A model generated the notes under the pieces. The model saw only the letters and a list, made by a program, of their open reading frames with translations. It was not told the DNA's origin and did no database searches. A stretch of DNA of 64,000 nt, taken from contig KE561045.1 in the NCBI GenBank assembly GCA_000442015.1, positions 1 through 64,000 of the forward strand, written 5' to 3'. Below are positions 57,513-64,000 of this stretch, in pieces. Numbering within the stretch: the first letter of the stretch is position 1; each line of letters starts with the position of its first letter. The position numbers and the translations under genes were made by a program. The DNA is from Rozella allomycis CSF55. Taxonomy: Eukaryota.

Positions 57513-58716
57513 ATGAATATCTTAAATTTTTTACAAATATTCGCCTTATTAGGTTCACTGTTTGCTCAACAAAGCAAGTGCCCTAACGGGATTAGAATTC
57601 GAAAAGAAATAAGAGATATGACCAATGCAGAGCTGGAAGCATTAAAAAATGCCATTAATGTGATGAGAAGCACAAGCACTGGAAATAGAACAGAAACTAT
57701 TTACGATTACATCGTCAAAGTTCATTTGGATTACGTACCAATCGCTCACAAGTAACCTTATCACTAAAATGGAAATAGCACTCCCCAATTTCTGCCGTGG
57801 CATAGACTTTATGTACTTTACGTTGAAGACATTCTTCGTCAGATCGACCCTACGGTCACCATTCCTTATTGGGACTGGGGTGTTGATGCTGCCAGGCCTC
57901 TTAACAGTGTCGTGTTCAGTGATAAATACTTTAATATTCGACCAGGTAACATAATCTTAGGTCGAAATATTAAGGCCCACAAGGAGATTGCAGTTTTAGG
58001 GTGATTTACCCGCGAGTGCACTGTGTTGTTAGAAATTACAACGCCAACAATTTTACAACCTTTATAAACTCTGAAACTCTGCAAAGCATAGCTAGTGACA
58101 CTGAAGGAGATTATGGATCATTCAGGGAAACAATTGAGTTTATTCCCCATGCAGTTGTTCATTCTGGAGTTGGCGGAGTCAATGGTGATATGACGTAAAA
58201 TTGTACACTGAAATATAACAAAGTTCAATGATGAGCCCCAATGATCCCATATTCTGGCTTCACCATAGTATGATTGATAAGATTTGGGCTGATTGGCAAG
58301 AACAAACAGACAACTTTTGGTTGTATGAAGGGACCCACCTTGGACAAACAGCTAGTCTTTGGAACAATTTGGAACCATTCAAGTCGAATGTGTGGCAGAG
58401 TATGGACTTTGATTCCTTATGTTATCGTTACGCCCCGCTTTCCAACCGACCACAAATGTTAAGCCATGAGGAATTAGAAGATACTCCGCTACCCGATCGT
58501 ATTCCATTATCCTGGATTCAAATGCACGGGATGGACGAGGAAAAATTTAGAAACGTAGAAAACAGAATCAGATCTATAATGATGGCGCAAAAGGAAGGAA
58601 AAGAAATTTCCAGGGAAATTACAGGCGCTAAAGACAATAATGAAGGGGCAAAATTGTCATCAACACTGTTTTATTCAATAGCAATTGCACTATTGGCATT
58701 TATACCTGCCTTTTAA
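57513..58716 (+). CDS. Secreted tyrosinase-family di-copper protein with GPI-like C-terminus; 3 introns
   Basis: RIRKEIRDM, H...H, FLPWHR, IPYWDW, PHAVVH, SPNDPIFWLHH..IDKIW; hydrophobic N- and C-termini. Confidence 0.9.
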
Positions 58717-58721
58717 TAAAT

Positions 58722-59553
58722 TTAATGTCTAGCCCTTGAACTTCTGCTTGACCTGTAATCATCACGATCTGGAGATCTACTTTTGCTTTTTTCTCGATTT
58801 ATTCTTTCAAATCTAATTTGAATTATAATTACCTTTTCTCGCGATCCCTGTCATAGCTTGGAGATCTGGATCTTTTTCTTCGGCTCTTTCTGTCGTAACG
58901 GTCAGAGTAATCATCTCTTTCCTATATTATTAATATTGATTTTATTACGCTGCTGTGATAACGAGTACGACTTTTGTAATCTCTTTCGCGACTGGGCGAC
59001 CTTCTATAACTTCTTTCATTTAGCTCTTCATACTCCTCATTATTCGCATCAGCAACCTTTAGTAAAATAAATTTGTATTTTTTACGTATATTCGTTTCTG
59101 GTGACCGTAATCATCTCTGATTCTCCTTTGTTTTTGACAATATTGCTTCCATGTTTGTTCTGTAAATCCATAGTTAAAATAATCAGTTATATCAGCTCCA
59201 GGTTTTCTCCAAGGTTTTTCTTCTAACTCTTCTGGATCCACATCAATGATGTCTCTCCCATCCTCCAACTTTCCACTTGTTTGAATATCCAAAAATGATT
59301 TATTTTCAACGGTATTTGCTTCAGCAGGTTTTATTCCAGATTTAATATTGACTAAGTTTTGTTCCCTGAATATTAAAAAGCAAAGAAACTCACGTTGCAT
59401 CATCAAGAACAACCTCAAAATCACTTTCTTCACCCTCTTCCAATTCATCGTCAACAGCCCTGAATAAAATACAGAAATTATTTCTTACACTTCCTGTTCT
59501 GTTTTTTCTTCTTTCCCGTATAGAAATTCGTCGAGCTCGTCGACTTCTTCCAT
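58722..59553 (-). CDS. FIP1: Pre-mRNA 3'-end processing factor Fip1; 5 introns
   Basis: [33 protein letters not shown]-rich tail. Confidence 0.93.
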
Positions 59554-59816
59554 TTTAGAAAATTTTTGGAAATTTGGAAAGCTAAAAATTGTTCACATCG
59601 TCAAAAATATAATTCAAAGTAACTTTCGCGTTAGAGATTAAAAGATAAATTAATTATCTGTATAAAACTTATGTGATATCAAATGAGATTGATATCATGC
59701 AACAAAAACAATATAAACATATTTCATAGAACTTCGAATATTTTTACTGTTTTATTTTATAATTCTGATATTACTCTTCTTTTCATTTACTCTCAGACTG
59801 ACAAAAATGTTTTGCA

Positions 59817-62435
59817 AAGCCACCCAAAAAATTATAATGAAGTTGGGATTTCAAGTAAAAATATTTGTGAAGAAGAAATTAGTTAACAAATATATTTGGG
59901 CAACCATACACTTCGAGCAATATAGTATTTACGTCGCCAACAACGATAGTTACAGCTACATCTAACAGGGTGACGACTATGGATTTACAGGCACAGACAT
60001 CTGTTACGTTTCCATACGAGCTTCCAACCAGAATAGTAAAGCTGGCGTGTTATGGAAATTTAATTATGGCAGTTGATAGCGAAGGTCATTGTGCATGTTT
60101 GCATAGACTGAGTGGAGCTTGTTTGGCATGGTTAACTTTGACTATGCCGGTTAATGCAATGGCGTTTAGTCCCGATGGAAAGTAATGCATATTTAAGGTG
60201 ATAATAGTTATTTGGCTATTGCATGTGGAAAGTATATAGAGATCTGGCAGCCACCAAGTACCACAAAAAAGTCATTTCAACCATTTACAAAGATCAATAC
60301 CTACGGTGGACATTATGACAATATCACTTCTCTTTCATGGTCTTTGGATTCAAAATATTTACTGAGCGGAAGTCAAGACATGACGGCTAGAATTTACATG
60401 GTAGAGAATAGGGAATTTAAGAACTTGACACTCGCTGCGATGAGAGATGTTGTAATTGATGTATATTTTTCATCTACATCGGAATATGTAAATGAATTAA
60501 ATTTAATTTGATAGATTTATGTTGTTACAAGAGATGGAACTTTATTTATATGGAAATTTGATTCAGAATTGGAAGATGATTTTGCTCCGATTTACAAGGG
60601 TAGGTATGAATTAGCCAATAAGCATTATTTCAAAGTGGATAAAGTTTCTTCATCTTCTTTTAATTCAAAAACAAATATTCTTTGTGTTGGATTTCAGAAT
60701 GGATCATTTTCACTTTATGAAGTCCCCGATGTGAATCAAATCCATTCTCTCAGTTTAAATCAAAATAAGATTGATGCTGTGCAAATGAATACGAATGGGG
60801 AGTGGATAGCTTTTGGTTGTTCTTCCTTAGGTCAGTTGGTTGTTTGGGAATGGCAATCGGAAAGTTTTATTTTAAAGCAACAAGGTCATTCCTCTTTAAT
60901 AAACGCAATTTGCTATTCTCATGATGGCGACATTTTGGCCACAGGAGGTGACGATGGAAAGATAAAATTGTGGAATGCATTGAATGGTTATTCTTTTGTA
61001 ACTTTTGATGATCATTCAAGTTCTGTCACTGGATTGGTTTTTACTAAAAATTCTAAAGTTGTTGTTTCTTCCTCTCTTGACGGAACAGTCCGCGCATTCG
61101 ATACTACAAGATATCGAAATTTTAAAACATTTACTAGCCCTGAAAATCGCCAATTTTCGTGTGTAACTGTTGATTCAGCTGGTGATATTGTTATTGCTGG
61201 TACAATGGAAGGAGAAATTTATGTATTTGCTATGCAGACTGGAAATTTACTTGAGATTCTTTCAGATCATCAAGGTCCTGTATCCTCTGTTGCTTTCGAT
61301 CCAACTGGTACAATATTGGCTTCTTCTTCATGGGATAAAACAGGTAAAATGTTTCTGTATATTTAAAAAAGTGAAATTATGGAATGTTTTCGCAAAGAAT
61401 GGGAATAAGGAGTCCTTTGATTGTCAATCTGATGTTCTTTGTGTGGCTTGGCATCCTAATGGTCTAGAATTGGCGTCCGCTTCTTTGAATGGCGAGATAA
61501 CTTTTTGGAATACTGAATCTGGTCAACAAATTGGTTTCATCGAAGGCCATAAAGATATTTCCGGTACTAGAAGATCAACTGATTTGGCTAGAGTGAAATT
61601 TCAGCATTTCAATTCTCTACAATACAGTTTAGATGGACACATTTTATTAGCAGGTGGTCAAAGCAACTTTATGTGTCTCTATGATGTAGATAACAAAGTC
61701 CTTTTAAAGAGATATGAATTGACAAAAGACAAGAGTTTGGATGGAACAAAAACCATGTTAAATTCTAATAATAAAAACATTGTAGACACCGATCCATTAT
61801 ACGACAGGAAATTACCAGGGGTTCAAAAGGGTAACTTATCTGCCAAGAAGACTGAGATTCATGTTACTGACGCTTCCTTTTCACCATCAAATGATTCTTT
61901 CTGTGTAACCACCCCGCAAGGCATTTATATTTTCGGGAGACATCAAGCAATGAAATTTGATCCATTTGAAATCGATGTTAACGTGACCCCTGAAGCTGTT
62001 CAATCTGCTATTAATCAAAACCAATTTGGAAAGGCTTTAATTATCTCACTCAGATTAAGTGAACTGCATTTAATTTCAAATGTTTTCAATGCTATAAATC
62101 AATCTGAAATACAGAGCATCGTTTCCTCATTGCCTCAATCTTATGTTTATCCATTATTGTCACATCTTGCCTATGAATGGGAAACTTCAAAAAGAATTGA
62201 ATTTTTATTGTCTTGGCTATTTTTTATCTTAAATATTCATCGTCCAAAGAATAAGATCCTGCTGCAACGAATTCTTTCTAGAGTCCAGCACTATTATAAG
62301 AATTTACAACCTTTGGTTGATAAAACTAGAGGAACATTAAAATATCTTCAAACAATTATAGAATTGGAAAAACAAAGAAGACAATTGGAACAAGTTTTAT
62401 TGGATGATGAAGACGAATTCAATCCAGACGATTAA
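59817..62435 (+). CDS. PWP2: WD40 U3 snoRNP protein Pwp2/Utp1; 4 introns
   Basis: GQLVVWEWQSESFILKQQGH, DGTVRAFD..RYRNFKTF, FDPFEIDVNVTP. Confidence 0.95.
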
Positions 62436-62541
62436 CCAATAAATTATTNAAAAGGAATGCATCATTGATTCTGAAAAGACTAGCATAAGCATTTAAAACA
62501 AATATGTGTTTGGATTTAGAAGCTTTGTTAGGCTTGGCAAC

Positions 62542-64000
62542 ATGTCTATTCCGTTTTGCAACATTTGCGTCTTAGAGAATGTCCATCTAGATATAACAGC
62601 TTCGGAGGTGTGTCAAATAATAAATGATGGATTTAAAAAAGCTCCATATGGTCTGCAGGCATCAGCAGAAGTGTTTGCAGTGTTTACGGAACCATCGGGT
62701 GTAAAATATGCATTGTTTTCTTGGAACACCGGGCCTAGATTCGATATGCTAAATGAAGAACGCAGCACGTGGTCCCTTTTTCAGTACAAAAAACGTGCAT
62801 ATAGATACTATGCTCGACCCGAGAAAGATCGGCACAGAAAGTTTTTTGAAGCTTGTGTTTCAGCGCCGGCATATTTGTATGTTGAATTTGAAAGAGAAGC
62901 CATCACCTTTGAACAGTTAGTTGCAAAGTCTAAGGAGCTTTCTGGCCTTCTTATGGTGCACAAGGTTTTCTTTCACACCCAAGATTTGCTAAGTGAAGAG
63001 GTGTTGAATATTCTAAAGTTCTCTCTTAATGCGTCCTTCCAAAGTGTGCGAGATTTAGTGAAAGTGCACTTTGAAAGTGATGAAAATGTTCCTCTTGATT
63101 CACATTTTCTACAATTTTTGTCTCCTGAGGACCAAGATAAAGTTCTAAGAAACGATAATTACATGCATGCTATTAGAGATGGTATTGTTGATGTTCCCTT
63201 TAACCCATCAGAGAACAGGGGTGCCACGATTGTAGAGAGCGCCTTTAAAAGTGAAGTTGACCAAATGGCAGCAACGCACAAACGTCTATTTGCCAACGAA
63301 TTGAAGATTGTGCAGAATTTGGTTCCTTATTCGTTGCTCGAAAAATGTACATCAGGAGACGATGCGTCAATTCACAACGGGCATTACTTTAATCCTTTGG
63401 AAGTCGGCAAAAGTTTGGTAGGTCTTAGTGTGAAGTCTGCAGAAAATTTTGGCATACCAGGAATAACCATAGCAAACTCGTTCCTAAAGTTGCACGACAA
63501 CATTTATAGGACAGTGACTTTATTGGAGGGGAATGTTTCAGAGTCGTATATTCGAGGGAATTTCACGTCTTTATTAGTAGATGCATTTACGCCTTGGTTG
63601 TTGGATAAAGACCAGAAGCCAAATGTCGTTCTTCGTGAGTATGATTCCAAGGTCACGTGGTGGACTCGAAGCCATATGCAAATGTGGGATGCCTCCATCC
63701 ATTGTATAGACAAAAAAACAAAGGTGCGAAGAGAACCAGTGCTGATAGTTGAGGAAAAAACCGTTGGGTACAGTCCATCGAACATTATGACATCGAATGT
63801 TCCGATTGAAAAATACAACACCAATAATGCGGACATGTTAAAAAATCTTCGGGCAGCGAAAATGTTATTATTGAGAAGAGCTGATAAAGATGCGCTTCAA
63901 GTAGCCGTGCTTTTCCAGGGTTTTGAATACAGAATTTTCTTTTGTTCTTTGCTATCGAACAATGTTTGTGTTGCGACAGAAGTGTGCAGTGAAACTTTAG
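62542..64000 (+). CDS. Intronless >480-aa ORF (open to window end, missing from ORF track) with C-terminal PD-(D/E)XK restriction-endonuclease-like domain
   Basis: Stop-free translation from ATG 62542; SESYIR...MWDASI...VLIVEEK...NADMLKNLRAAKMLL...AVLFQGFEYRIF. Confidence 0.7.
   Translation, partial: MSIPFCNICVLENVHLDITASEVCQIINDGFKKAPYGLQASAEVFAVFTEPSGVKYALFSWNTGPRFDMLNEERSTWSLFQYKKRAYRYYARPEKDRHRKFFEACVSAPAYLYVEFEREAITFEQLVAKSKELSGLLMVHKVFFHTQDLLSEEVLNILKFSLNASFQSVRDLVKVHFESDENVPLDSHFLQFLSPEDQDKVLRNDNYMHAIRDGIVDVPFNPSENRGATIVESAFKSEVDQMAATHKRLFANELKIVQNLVPYSLLEKCTSGDDASIHNGHYFNPLEVGKSLVGLSVKSAENFGIPGITIANSFLKLHDNIYRTVTLLEGNVSESYIRGNFTSLLVDAFTPWLLDKDQKPNVVLREYDSKVTWWTRSHMQMWDASIHCIDKKTKVRREPVLIVEEKTVGYSPSNIMTSNVPIEKYNTNNADMLKNLRAAKMLLLRRADKDALQVAVLFQGFEYRIFFCSLLSNNVCVATEVCSETL

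Overview
AT-rich, very gene-dense eukaryotic nuclear DNA, not prokaryotic. It holds about 45 protein genes split by roughly 140 miniature spliceosomal introns (manual count), mostly 25-35 nt and often 27-28 nt. Intergenic spaces and 3' UTRs are very short. The gene set (flagellar Trx-NDK protein, Chs4/Skt5-like chitin-synthase activator, PEX5, Cdc24, mitochondrial genes) suggests a compact zoosporic early-diverging fungus or fungal relative such as Rozella/Cryptomycota; this is an inference. Single Ns mark scaffold joins, often with duplicated flanks. The most striking signal is the splicing system. At least four introns need a non-canonical GT-TG boundary to restore conserved protein sequence. 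One intron looks like two back-to-back mini-introns with a zero-length exon. 3' splice sites appear to be chosen by distance. Also present: a CCCT(G/T)G motif just upstream of start codons, a degenerate tRNA-derived repeat family, candidate structured ncRNAs, and Crinkler-like NTPase/nuclease effector genes at both ends. Gene models were spliced by eye and have no RNA support.
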